Assembly: GCA_043817315.1 (NCBI GenBank)
Contig: JBDRGY010000016.1
Span: forward strand, 69,445-133,444
Reading direction: 5' to 3'
Source: Patescibacteria group bacterium
Lineage (GTDB): Bacteria > Patescibacteriota > Patescibacteriia > JBDRGY01
Length of the DNA: 64,000 nt
Below are positions 9,701 through 18,375 of the stretch, in pieces. Each line of letters starts with the position of its first letter. Position 1 is the first letter of the stretch. A program made the position numbers and the translations under genes. The notes beneath the pieces are model-generated. The model saw only the letters and a list, made by a program, of their open reading frames with translations. It did no database searches and was not told where the DNA came from.

Positions 9701-11117
9701 GGGTAACTATCAATTTATGGGCACTCCTGGCACTAACTTCTGGATTACTGAAGATTCTGAACCAGCCTGGTACACTTGGGATTTAGAAATTCTTGACCCC
9801 AACAATCAGGTAGCAGAACAGCTGCAATCCAATGCCACTATCTGCATGCCCTTAAAACAGGACGTTATGGACGAAAAAAGCTTAACTGTTGATGATATCT
9901 TTCCCAAGTATTGGGATACAACCGCTTCCGCCTGGAAAACTCCTGAATCAGCCATTATCAACGAGGCTGAGGGTCAGGCCTGTCTACAGGTATCTCACTT
10001 TACTGAATTCGCTCTAACCACTCAGGCTTCTTTAGCAGGCGCTGGAGGAACAAGCGGTCCAGCTGATATCTTGGCTACCCCGGCTTCCGGCGGTGGTCCT
10101 CAGATCATTATTGCTAATGAAGACGGCAGCACAGTTTCTAACTTCTTCGCCTATGATTCCGGGCTGCGAATTGGTCTAACCGCTGCAACCGCTGATGTCG
10201 ATGCTGACGGCGAGACCGAAATAGTAGTCGCTCCGGGAGCCGGAGCCGGTCCTCAAGTCCGCATCTTCGATCATCAAGGTAATGTAGAAAGACAATTCTT
10301 CGCCTATCCCGAACATATCCGCTCTGGCATCTATGTCACCACCGGTGATGTCAACGGAGACGGCACGGATGATATCATCACCTCCACTCGAGAAGGTGCC
10401 GGACCACAAGTAGCTGTCTTTGACTCTGACGGCAATACCATCTCTCGTTTCTTCGCTTACGCCGAAACCTATCGCAATGGTTTCAGCGTTACCACTGGTG
10501 ATGTTAACGGCGATGGGTCTGATGAAATAGTCGTGGTGCCTGACGGCAGCGCCGGACCGCAAGTCCGCGTCTTCGACTATCAAGGCAATGAATTGGCTTC
10601 TTTCTTCGCCTACGGTGACACTGTCAGAGGTGGTTACAACGCCACCACTGGTGATGTTAACGGCGATGGCGTAGCTGATATCGTCATTACCCCCAAAGCT
10701 GGTCTAGGTCCTCAAGTAGCCATGTTCACCGGCACCGGAACCTTAATTGACCGTTTCTTCGCCTATGCGGAAAGTTTTCGAGGCGGTATTAACGTTTCAG
10801 TCGGTGATACAGATGGTGATGGCAACAATGACATCGTGGCTTGTCCCGAATCAGGTGCTGGCCCCCAAATCAGAGTCTTTGACACTGATGGTTCGGCCAA
10901 ATCACAGTTCTGGGCTTATGCTTCCACCTTACGCGGTAAATTCACCTCATTCGTTGCTGATCTCAACGGAGACGGCACCAATGAAGTGGTAACTGCTCCG
11001 GGTGAAGGTATGGGACCGCAGGTCAGAACTTTTGATAGAAACGGAAATCCTCTATCACAGTTCTTCACTCACCACACCGGCTTTCGAGGTGGCCTCAACA
11101 TGTTCCCGGCTTACTAA
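6726..11117 (+). CDS. Giant secreted surface protein: signal peptide, multiple CarboxypepD_reg/Ig-like beta-sandwich domains, C-terminal array of 8 FG-GAP-like propeller repeats
   Basis: N-terminal Sec signal (MKKLKKTKIIVSTLTVLALVVPLAMG...AQA); RBS AAAGGAG. Repeated G-[TK]-V-x-d-x-G-x-P...NG-x-Y modules. The C-terminal 340 aa or so carries 8 repeats of consensus G-x-GPQVRVFD-x-x-G-N-x(4)-FFAY-x(3)-[FY]RGG-x-x-V-x-x-GDVNGDG-x-D-E-I-V. Confidence 0.8.
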   Translation: MKKLKKTKIIVSTLTVLALVVPLAMGNSIQTAQAGDDSRISAVAVATGYSKTAGATTSYTVTFTVPSGHPINVGTSVSLRFQGSGCPWDIDWMQCQFDLENATVATGSFTIADQWSEGSEGIGFAANAKLSAGSYTVTISNVGNPAVIGGLYQIFGSTRVQDDPPEEGVEQPMTPSNALLLGNVIVTGTVYDTDGTTPMQNVWVQLHSNDWSVDFGSNTNSNGQYALIGALANGTYTMEAHAPWENTDVLSPDPKTVNYSGTTLTSNFAMIAPVKTIKAYVKYNNGVPCTSARVNANKRDGGGGSGARVDANGLAQFSVSGGNWELRPECGWDPENNQPLNCNWAFNQPGQQVSFTNDSSTETKTVNLTVQQTNAKIKGTVKLPNGTLLSNGFVDIRSGGPDGGGGNGSGLWNGAFDANVMAGNYKVSVHPDDQNPDLARYYSDEVDVNVGVGETKTLNITMKQKTSKITGTVKNKTTGAGVEGVWLNTWKREGQGWSNTQSGANGAFTFWVSAGDWEFNVDTHRRDENQATTYIPADSKMHSVSVGNNETVSGMVINVQEADANISVKAVDKNGAAITEDTWGWAFCRKKGQGWGPGNEFGSGMQQGTANIPLIGGFTYICGMHNPPDSPFLLEEDKEVTVAAGQTAQVNLTLLEPDSAIIGWVKDQQGNIVKNMGNQAEVFAVEAGGNWEWRPGRLNDDGSYEVNLLGGPDKIYMVGFRVWGMEKGESEFVETHPEPDDSIRVPANSEVTKIITAFRADTYISGQVLDPSGNPMGNVWVGADNHQAMEGKIKGDFEGGKVFNTGTGTRPDGTFKLNIVSGTFNLYSGTPPEFQNDFMSPRERQVTVTSASPAEGIVMQYRQADAFITAAATLPSGSSPMFGWCHAWNPEGGHSGRDIFDGQPARIPLTAGTWFVGCDTMDPETNKFYRSEEQRVSVATGDDKSLSFSMTEESYTIPEPFSQTFTASQLNVFTLPDGTTVTLPANAAGSEEGNYQFMGTPGTNFWITEDSEPAWYTWDLEILDPNNQVAEQLQSNATICMPLKQDVMDEKSLTVDDIFPKYWDTTASAWKTPESAIINEAEGQACLQVSHFTEFALTTQASLAGAGGTSGPADILATPASGGGPQIIIANEDGSTVSNFFAYDSGLRIGLTAATADVDADGETEIVVAPGAGAGPQVRIFDHQGNVERQFFAYPEHIRSGIYVTTGDVNGDGTDDIITSTREGAGPQVAVFDSDGNTISRFFAYAETYRNGFSVTTGDVNGDGSDEIVVVPDGSAGPQVRVFDYQGNELASFFAYGDTVRGGYNATTGDVNGDGVADIVITPKAGLGPQVAMFTGTGTLIDRFFAYAESFRGGINVSVGDTDGDGNNDIVACPESGAGPQIRVFDTDGSAKSQFWAYASTLRGKFTSFVADLNGDGTNEVVTAPGEGMGPQVRTFDRNGNPLSQFFTHHTGFRGGLNMFPAY

Positions 11118-11137
11118 GACTTACAGAGCTTCAATAG

Positions 11138-11168
11138 AAAACTCCCCGCTGTAGCGGGGAGTTTTCCT
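11138..11168 (+). terminator. Intrinsic terminator after the 1463-aa gene
   Basis: AAAACUCCCCGC-UGUA-GCGGGGAGUUUUCCUUU. Confidence 0.7.
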
Positions 11169-11174
11169 TTGCCC

Positions 11175-11203
11175 TTGAAAAAGAGTCAAAAATGTGCTAT
11201 AAT
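11175..11203 (+). promoter_or_regulatory. Near-consensus sigma70 promoter (TTGAAA, 17 nt spacer, TATAAT)
   Basis: ttgaaa (11175-11180), 17-nt spacer, tataat (11198-11203). Confidence 0.6.
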
Positions 11204-11271
11204 GAGTACATAATAAATCTTCCAGGTCTACATGGAGGAACTTATAACTAAATACCATTCAACAAGATAAC

Positions 11272-11297
11272 ACCACATTTTTGTGGTCTTTTATATT
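11272..11297 (+). promoter_or_regulatory. Terminator-like hairpin inside the 5' leader of the 1725-aa gene (candidate attenuator)
   Basis: ACCACA-UUUU-UGUGGU followed by CUUUUAUAUU, 23 nt upstream of the ATG at 11320. An upstream hairpin CUUCCA-ggucuaca-UGGAGG sequesters a GGAGG motif. Confidence 0.45.
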
Positions 11298-11319
11298 CAA
11301 AAATTAATAATCAATAACT

Positions 11320-14300
11320 ATGTCAATCATTAAAAAAATCGTCTCCATTATCACTGTAATTTCCTTGGTAGCTCTGCTCTATCCCCTGGCTCCTCCTCAG
11401 CCTCAAACGGCCAGAGCAGCCACCCCGGGGAAGTTTACTGATGTATCAGTAACAGCGAGTAATTATACGTACGATGCTGCTGCTAATATTACTTTTACCT
11501 TTACTACAGCCAACTCTCTTACTGCCGAGAATGATGTTATCCGTTTTTATTTTGAGAATTTCAGTGATTGGGCCAACACCTTTACCTTAAGCAGTATTAC
11601 TGACGATGGTGGCTCCATTGATTACATGGAATACAAAAGCACCAATTATATTGAAGTTTACTTAGTTAGCTCCCCTGTTGCAGCCGGTTCAGTGGTTGAA
11701 GCTGTTTTTGCCGTTACTCACAGAGACATTGTTGGTTATGAAAGAGTAGGCATTGTTTCTTTCAGCCCGGACGGTGGGGGCACTGCTTATGAAGGATGTA
11801 CTGATGCCGGAGGGGGTGGTGCTTGGGATGATTGCACCCCTTATTATGTTATAGTGCCGGTTGGTACTCCGGAAGTAAAGGGCCGGGTTTTGGGACCAAT
11901 TGGTACGGCGGATGTCAACAACGGTATTTTTGAAACTAATGTCAATCTCTGGAACAGCGGTGGTTATTGGAATTGGGCCGCTACCGATCATCTCGGTTAT
12001 TTCTATTTCTACCAAGTGCCGACTAGTTCATGCGAGCTGGACTTTAGTAAGCCCTGGGATGCTGGTGTTGCTTACTCTGCTCCTGATAATCAAACTACAA
12101 CAGTAACTAGCGGCTCTACCACTGATATGGGGATTATCAGATACAATCTAGCTTCTGCAACTGGCATCGTAAAAAGAGAAGATAACGGGCAAGCTCTTCA
12201 AGATGTTAATATAAATTTCATGAACATTCCCATGCCCCCTACTAATACCGACGAGAATGGCCGATTCTATCTACCGCGTGTTGATCCGGGAACTTATTAC
12301 GTAATGATCGAAAAACCCTGGGGAGAAGCTGGTGAGGGCTTGGTTAATCCTGAACCTATCTCTGTAACTGTAACGGCCGGCTCTACAACTAATATGGGTA
12401 CCATTTATCTGGAATCAGCCAACAAAACAATCAAAGGTACTGTCAGACATCCTAACGGCAATCCGGTAACCGATGCCCAGATTGGTTGCAACACCCCCAT
12501 GGGCGGCGGTTGGTATTCAGCTACTACCAATGGCGCTGGCTACTATGAATTATTGGTCGGCAAGGGCCACTGGATGTGTTGGGTAGAACATGATTATAGT
12601 ATTCCTGATCACCAATTCAACTGGGTTTATTTTGACATGCCTTCGGGAATAACTTTTTCTGCAGACAATGCAGTAACCGAAACTAAAACTCAAAACTATA
12701 CCGTAACTGCCATTGATTCGACCATCCGTGGGCGAGTATTAAAGCCCAACGGCAGTCCTCTGACGGGCGAACCAGTTAATGTGGAAATCTTTAATCAAAC
12801 CGGTGGCGGTAATTGGATTCAAGTGGATTCAGCTACCGGAGCTTTTTCAGTCGGTGTACCGGCCGGTACTTATCAGGTAATGGTCAACATGTGGAGTGAT
12901 AACTGGGGCGGACCCAGCCCACAAACAGTTACTGTCTCAGCCAATTCTACTTATAATATGGGTAATCTCTATCTTCTGCCAAAAAGTGCCTCTATCTCTG
13001 GTACGGTGTCGGATACAGACAGGGCCGGGCTAAATAATCAATTTGTTGATTGCTGGGTACAGAATGAGTGGGGCAAATGGTCCTCCGGCAACACGAATAG
13101 TAATGGAGACTTCAGCTTTGCTGCCTTTGGTGGTTCTACCTATATGTGCAATCCCATGACCAATATGGGAGGTTGGGGAGGAGAGAATGAAGAGACTTAT
13201 GTTTATTTGGGTGCTCCTCAATCTGTTAATCTTCCTAATGTAACTAGCGCAGCTACCGGCGTAGATTTTGAACTGACCCGAGCTGACGCTACTATTAATG
13301 TAACCGCAGTTGACAGTAACGGAGATCAAATAAACGATATCTGGGGTTACGCTTTTATAGGTATGGGTGACATGATGGGCCCAGGCATGGGTGGCACTCC
13401 AATTGACGGTGGTACCGGTAGCTTCAAAATCCCCTCGGCTCAGTGTCCTGCCAGTTCTCCCTGTTACTTGAGTATTTCTATGCCTCCAGGCCAAGGAGCT
13501 GATTACTCGCCAGCTGGAGCAGTCTCTTTTTCAGTAACAGCTAACGGCACCGCTAATGTAAAAGTAGCTATGGTTCCTAATGATGCCACTCTGACAGGTT
13601 ATATTGTTGACAGTAATGGTGATGCTATAACCGGGGTCAGTGCTGTCGTCTTCGCTGACAAATTCGCAACAATGTCTTTCTTCGAATCTTGGGTAAATAT
13701 TGCTACCGGTCAATACACTATGAATACAGCTCCTGGAACTTATACTCTAGGCTATTTTGTTGATAAATCCACTGGCTATTTAGCCAGTGGGATGACTGAT
13801 AACGAAGTAACTACTGTCTCCGGTCAATCTGTCACCAAGAATTTAACTTTGGCCGAAATCGACTCCTGGATTACCGTTTCCGTCAAGGCACCCAACGGCG
13901 GCCCTATGCCCGGTGCTTTTGTTGACGCCTCGACTCAATCAGGTTTGGGAGAAATTCATGACGGCCCCATGATGGGCCCTGGCATGATGATGGGCCCCAT
14001 GATGGGCCCTGGCATGATGGGTGAAATGACCGGGGCAGATGGTACTGCTACTATTGGTTTGCCCGGCGGATCTACTTATTATGTCTCAGCTTCCCTGCCC
14101 CCTGAAATGAGCTACATCAACCCTGCCAAGCAGGCTGTAACTATAGAATCCGGGGAAACGGCAACCCTTACTTTACAATTCAGAGAATCAGATGCCACTA
14201 TTTATGGCACGGTGACCAAAGATGGCACGGCTACCTATGCCGGTGTCTATGCCTATTCTGATACTGGCGGCTTTACCCAAGATTTTGCCTGGAACGGCGC

Positions 14301-16497
14301 CTATTCTCTAAATGTTACCCAGGGCGATAACTGGCATGTTATTACTAAAGCTCAAGTAGGCAATGATTATTATTCCAGTGGTGAAAAAGTAGTAACAGTC
14401 GATGAGGCCATGGAAACACTTAATTTAGAATTAAGTTTAGCCGTGGCTAATATCCCTGATCCAGTCACTGCTACTTTTACTTGCTCTAATCCGGCGGTAG
14501 TGGCTTTTGCCGACAACAGTGTCACCGTAAACCTACCGGCCGGAGCTCTGTCCGCTAGCCAAGAAGAAACTTGTAAGATTACCCTTACCCCTCAGCCCCT
14601 ACTGCCCGATACTGCCGAAAGAAAAGTATTTAGATTCGGAACAGAAATCGTTGGTTATGTTGAAAATGCAGAAAAGGAAGATCAATTTAATTCCAGTGCT
14701 ACGGTCACTATCTGCTGGAATGCAGAAGCCATGGAAGCACTTGGCTTAACTATAGATAATTTTAATGGTAGTTATTGGGATGAAAGTGCTGCCTCTTGGA
14801 TGGGCACCAATAATTCGACATCGGATGAGGATAATAATTGCATAACCTTCCAAGCTAATCACTTTACTGACTTTGCTATCACTTCAGCTGAAATTTCAGC
14901 TCCCCGGATCACTGTTACTAGTCCAGAGGATGAAACTACAACTATAACGGCAAATTCAATAGTGGTTGAGGGCACGGTTTCTGACGTCAACGCTGATCTG
15001 ACCATCGCCTTGGACGGTACTTCAATTGGCGCAGTATCAATTGACTCTGCCACCGGCGCCTTCTCAGAAACAGTCACAGATCTATCTATCGGCACTAATA
15101 CCATTACAGTTGATGCTGAAAACGGAGTAGGAACGGCTGCTACCGTCTCCAGGACTGTAACTTACGATGCTGCTGGTGAAGGAGATCTGGGCACTGTTAC
15201 CGGCGTTGAATTATCACTGGCTGCCATGCCTTACGGTGACGGAGGCCCTCAAATCAGGCTATTCGACAAAGAGGGCACTGCTATCGGTACCTTCTTCGCT
15301 TATAGTCAAGATCTGGTTGGTCAATTCCAAATGGTCTCGGCCGACTTAGATGGCGATGGAGCCAAAGAGATTATCACCTCAACTGGTGAAGGATTTGGTC
15401 CTCAGATTAGAGTGTTCAAAGCTGACGGCACCTTGCTGGATACTTTCTTTGCCTACCAAGAATCATTCCGAGGTGGTGTTGATCTGGCCTTAGGAGACAT
15501 ATCCGGAGACGGCAACATTGATTTGGTAACCAAGCCGACTCAGGGCGGCGGGCCCAATGTCCGAGTCTACCAATGGGATACCGCTACTCATTCCTTCGAG
15601 CTCCTGGATTGGTTTATGGCCTTTAATGAAGGTTTCCGGGGAGAAATCAACTGGCTACTAACTGATGTGGATAATGATGATGCCGCAGAGATAATCATGG
15701 CTCCCAAATCTCAGGGTGGGCCCAATGTCAGAGTCTACCAGTACAATGGAAATGCCATGGAAGTAAAAGATTGGTTTATGGCTTATGATGAAAATTTCCT
15801 GGGCGGTGTCAATATCCTGGCTGGCGATGTAGATGGAGATAATATTAAAGAAATCATTACCACTCCCCATCAACAAGGCGCCCCCAACGTTAGAATCTAT
15901 CAGTGGAATACCGCTTCCGAACAATATGAAGTGCTCGATTGGTTCTGGGCCTTTCAAAACTCCTTCCGCGGTCAATTCAACACAAAAATTGCCGACGTCA
16001 ACGGTGACGGCAATAAAGACATCATCGTGGCTCCGGCTGAAGCGGGCGGACCCAACGTCAGAGTCTATACCTACAACACAACTGACGAAATTGTTGAGCT
16101 GATTGACTGGTTCTGGGCCTATCAACAGAACTACCTGGGTGGTGTCAATCTGGACATAGCTGATCTGGATGGTGATGGTAATAAAGAAATTATCACTACC
16201 CCCAATGCTAGCGGCGGCCCCAACATCCGGGCCTATGAATACAACCCTGATGATGGAGCTTTTGAAACATTGGATTGGATAATGGCCTATCATGATACTC
16301 ATCGGGGCATGATTGAGACCCAAGTAACTGATTTAGACGGAAACGGTGACAGTGAATTGATAGTTGCACCCTTAACTAATGGTGGTCCCAATGTCAGGAT
16401 CTATAATTATGCTGATGGTGATCTGCAGCTAGACAACTGGTTTTGGGCTTTTGCCGAAACCTTTGAAGGTGGTGTCAACATCCAAACTCTGTATTAA
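11320..16497 (+). CDS. Giant secreted surface protein: signal peptide, several CarboxypepD_reg-like beta-sandwich domains, Met/Gly/Pro-rich low-complexity tracts, C-terminal array of about 9 FG-GAP-like repeats
   Basis: Signal peptide MSIIKKIVSIITVISLVALLYPLAPPQPQTARA. Modules such as GRVLKPNGSPLTGEPVNVEIFNQ...GTYQVMV. Tracts GMGDMMGPGMGG and GPMMGPGMMMGPMMGPGMMGEM. C-terminal repeats GGGPNVRVYQ...DWF[MW]A[FY]...[FL][RG]GG[VI]N...D[VL]DGDG..EII..P, about 58 aa each. Confidence 0.8.
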   Translation: MSIIKKIVSIITVISLVALLYPLAPPQPQTARAATPGKFTDVSVTASNYTYDAAANITFTFTTANSLTAENDVIRFYFENFSDWANTFTLSSITDDGGSIDYMEYKSTNYIEVYLVSSPVAAGSVVEAVFAVTHRDIVGYERVGIVSFSPDGGGTAYEGCTDAGGGGAWDDCTPYYVIVPVGTPEVKGRVLGPIGTADVNNGIFETNVNLWNSGGYWNWAATDHLGYFYFYQVPTSSCELDFSKPWDAGVAYSAPDNQTTTVTSGSTTDMGIIRYNLASATGIVKREDNGQALQDVNINFMNIPMPPTNTDENGRFYLPRVDPGTYYVMIEKPWGEAGEGLVNPEPISVTVTAGSTTNMGTIYLESANKTIKGTVRHPNGNPVTDAQIGCNTPMGGGWYSATTNGAGYYELLVGKGHWMCWVEHDYSIPDHQFNWVYFDMPSGITFSADNAVTETKTQNYTVTAIDSTIRGRVLKPNGSPLTGEPVNVEIFNQTGGGNWIQVDSATGAFSVGVPAGTYQVMVNMWSDNWGGPSPQTVTVSANSTYNMGNLYLLPKSASISGTVSDTDRAGLNNQFVDCWVQNEWGKWSSGNTNSNGDFSFAAFGGSTYMCNPMTNMGGWGGENEETYVYLGAPQSVNLPNVTSAATGVDFELTRADATINVTAVDSNGDQINDIWGYAFIGMGDMMGPGMGGTPIDGGTGSFKIPSAQCPASSPCYLSISMPPGQGADYSPAGAVSFSVTANGTANVKVAMVPNDATLTGYIVDSNGDAITGVSAVVFADKFATMSFFESWVNIATGQYTMNTAPGTYTLGYFVDKSTGYLASGMTDNEVTTVSGQSVTKNLTLAEIDSWITVSVKAPNGGPMPGAFVDASTQSGLGEIHDGPMMGPGMMMGPMMGPGMMGEMTGADGTATIGLPGGSTYYVSASLPPEMSYINPAKQAVTIESGETATLTLQFRESDATIYGTVTKDGTATYAGVYAYSDTGGFTQDFAWNGAYSLNVTQGDNWHVITKAQVGNDYYSSGEKVVTVDEAMETLNLELSLAVANIPDPVTATFTCSNPAVVAFADNSVTVNLPAGALSASQEETCKITLTPQPLLPDTAERKVFRFGTEIVGYVENAEKEDQFNSSATVTICWNAEAMEALGLTIDNFNGSYWDESAASWMGTNNSTSDEDNNCITFQANHFTDFAITSAEISAPRITVTSPEDETTTITANSIVVEGTVSDVNADLTIALDGTSIGAVSIDSATGAFSETVTDLSIGTNTITVDAENGVGTAATVSRTVTYDAAGEGDLGTVTGVELSLAAMPYGDGGPQIRLFDKEGTAIGTFFAYSQDLVGQFQMVSADLDGDGAKEIITSTGEGFGPQIRVFKADGTLLDTFFAYQESFRGGVDLALGDISGDGNIDLVTKPTQGGGPNVRVYQWDTATHSFELLDWFMAFNEGFRGEINWLLTDVDNDDAAEIIMAPKSQGGPNVRVYQYNGNAMEVKDWFMAYDENFLGGVNILAGDVDGDNIKEIITTPHQQGAPNVRIYQWNTASEQYEVLDWFWAFQNSFRGQFNTKIADVNGDGNKDIIVAPAEAGGPNVRVYTYNTTDEIVELIDWFWAYQQNYLGGVNLDIADLDGDGNKEIITTPNASGGPNIRAYEYNPDDGAFETLDWIMAYHDTHRGMIETQVTDLDGNGDSELIVAPLTNGGPNVRIYNYADGDLQLDNWFWAFAETFEGGVNIQTLY

Positions 16498-16511
16498 ATA
16501 TCAGATATAGC

Positions 16512-16540
16512 AAAAACCCCCGCCTAGGGCGGGGGTTTTT
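16512..16540 (+). terminator. Intrinsic terminator (bidirectional shape)
   Basis: AAAAACCCCCGCC-CUAG-GGCGGGGGUUUUU. Confidence 0.75.
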
Positions 16541-16573
16541 GATTAGCCTGAAATATGATAATATATAGGCACT

Positions 16574-17548
16574 ATGACTAAAAGAGTTCTATCTGGTATT
16601 CAACCCACCGGAGTCTTGCACATCGGCAACTACTTGGGCTCGCTAAAACATTTTGTGGAATTACAAAATAAATACGAGTGCTTCTTTTTTATTGCTGATT
16701 ACCATTCCATCACCGAGGATTATAATCCCCAAGAAAAACCCCAGCAGGTTCTTGATTTGGCTATTGATTTTCTGTCAGCCGGCCTGGATCCTCAGAAATG
16801 TACAATATTCGTCCAATCCCAAGTGCCAGAACATTTAGAACTGGCCTGGATTTTTAACACCATCACTCCGGTGTCGGAACTACAAAGAATGACCCAGTAT
16901 AAAGATAAATCCCGACAACAACCGGAAAATATCAACATGGGTTTATTTGACTATCCGGTGCTCCAGGCAGCTGATATCTTAATCTATAAACCACAATTTG
17001 TGCCAGTGGGAATAGACCAGAAGCAGCATGTGGAGCTAACTAGAAAAATCGCCAGGCTTTTTAACAACAAATTTGGCGAAGTGTTTCCTGAACCTGATGT
17101 TTTGCTGACTAAAACTCCCAAAATAATGAGTCTGGCTGACCCCACCAAGAAAATGAGCAAGTCATTTAATCAAAGATCCTACATCGCTCTTAACGATGAG
17201 CCAGCCGCCATAAAAGATAAAATGAAAAGAGCGGTAACTGATACCGGCAAGAGCGAAAAAAGTCCAGGCGTCCAAAATCTATTTATGTTGCTACAACAAT
17301 TTGGTGGTAATGAGATATTTAACCAGTTTGAAAAAGAGCATAGGGCTGGTAAGATCAGTTACCAAAAATTAAAAGAAGCTTTGGCTGATGCTATTGGTAA
17401 TTACTTTGCTGATTTTCGTAGCCAGAAAAAAGAATTATCAAAAGACACTAAAAAGGTCAAGGACATACTGGAGGCAGGAAACAAAAAGGCCAGAGAGATT
17501 GCCATAGAAACTTTAATTGACGTTAAGAAAAAAATTGGATTAACTTAA
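16574..17548 (+). CDS. trpS: Tryptophan--tRNA ligase
   Basis: Class I aaRS motifs HIGNYLG (HIGH) and KMSKS; 324 aa. Confidence 0.9.
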   Translation: MTKRVLSGIQPTGVLHIGNYLGSLKHFVELQNKYECFFFIADYHSITEDYNPQEKPQQVLDLAIDFLSAGLDPQKCTIFVQSQVPEHLELAWIFNTITPVSELQRMTQYKDKSRQQPENINMGLFDYPVLQAADILIYKPQFVPVGIDQKQHVELTRKIARLFNNKFGEVFPEPDVLLTKTPKIMSLADPTKKMSKSFNQRSYIALNDEPAAIKDKMKRAVTDTGKSEKSPGVQNLFMLLQQFGGNEIFNQFEKEHRAGKISYQKLKEALADAIGNYFADFRSQKKELSKDTKKVKDILEAGNKKAREIAIETLIDVKKKIGLT

Positions 17549-17562
17549 TATTGGCACAATCA

Positions 17563-17586
17563 AATCCTGTCCTCAGGATTTTTTTG
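17563..17586 (+). terminator. Intrinsic terminator after trpS
   Basis: AAUCCUG-UCCU-CAGGAUU followed by UUUUUUG. Confidence 0.65.
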
Positions 17587-17645
17587 TTGCCAGATTATTA
17601 CTGATGTTATAAGATGGGACAAGGCTCATTATAGGAGGTATTACC

Positions 17646-18332
17646 GTGCTAAAGAGACTAAACACAGCACTTACTTGGTTGTTGACTGTTCTTTTTCTCA
17701 TCTTCTATTTCATCCTTTTTCGCCTACTCAATCAAATAACAGTGATCGGGTTAGAATCGGTCATCCCCCATCTCAAGAAAGGCAAAGTAATAATCGTTAC
17801 CAACCACCGCAGCATGCTGGACAGTGTTTTTGTAACTTGTACTCTGTATGGTCCCTGGATCTTGTGCCCCACCTTTTTCGATCGTCTGCCCTATCACGCG
17901 GCAGCTGTTGAAAACTACTTTCGTTGGTGGAACGCCTGGTTATATCGACGGGTTAGGGCTCTACCAATAAAGCCCGGTCGTCGTGACACCAGAATTCTAC
18001 TCCAGATGGTTAGGTTACTAACCAAAGGCAAGTCTGTCCACATTTACCCACAGGGGGGCAGGGGTCGAACTGATGAAATAGTCTTTCGAGGCGAAGGAGT
18101 TGGCTATCTGGCCCGTAAGACTGCGGCAACCATTATAGTCGGTCATTTCTGGGGTATGGAGAAAGTGTTGCCTGTTGGTCGCCGCTGGCCCAGGATCGGC
18201 CAGAAGATAACTCTGGTACTAGCCGGACCAATTGATCTCTCTCCCCTTCTGGAACAACCGGACAATCAGGCAACCTGGAAAGCTACTACTCAGCGCATCC
18301 ACCAAGCAATTGTTTCTCTGAAGGCAAAATAA
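17646..18332 (+). CDS. plsC: 1-acyl-sn-glycerol-3-phosphate acyltransferase family protein
   Basis: N-terminal TM segment, HxxxxD acyltransferase motif (NHRSMLD) and PQGGRGR motif. GTG start with RBS AGGAGG. Confidence 0.7.
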   Translation: MLKRLNTALTWLLTVLFLIFYFILFRLLNQITVIGLESVIPHLKKGKVIIVTNHRSMLDSVFVTCTLYGPWILCPTFFDRLPYHAAAVENYFRWWNAWLYRRVRALPIKPGRRDTRILLQMVRLLTKGKSVHIYPQGGRGRTDEIVFRGEGVGYLARKTAATIIVGHFWGMEKVLPVGRRWPRIGQKITLVLAGPIDLSPLLEQPDNQATWKATTQRIHQAIVSLKAK

Positions 18333-18375
18333 AAAGAGCGCTTAACATCTTGGTATGTCATGGCGCTCTTTTCTT
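18333..18375. terminator. Bidirectional terminator between convergent plsC and murI
   Basis: AAAGAGCGC...GCGCUCUUUUCUU with an A-run on one side and a U-run on the other. Confidence 0.55.

Noticed and set aside
7743-16323. Antisense/nested ORFs inside the giant genes (for example 7743..8117, 8262..8546, 9030..9434, 10176..10583, 13030..13494, 15658..16323)
   Set aside because: Entirely contained within the long plus-strand CDSs, with repeat-driven low complexity and no RBS or promoter. Typical spurious frames.
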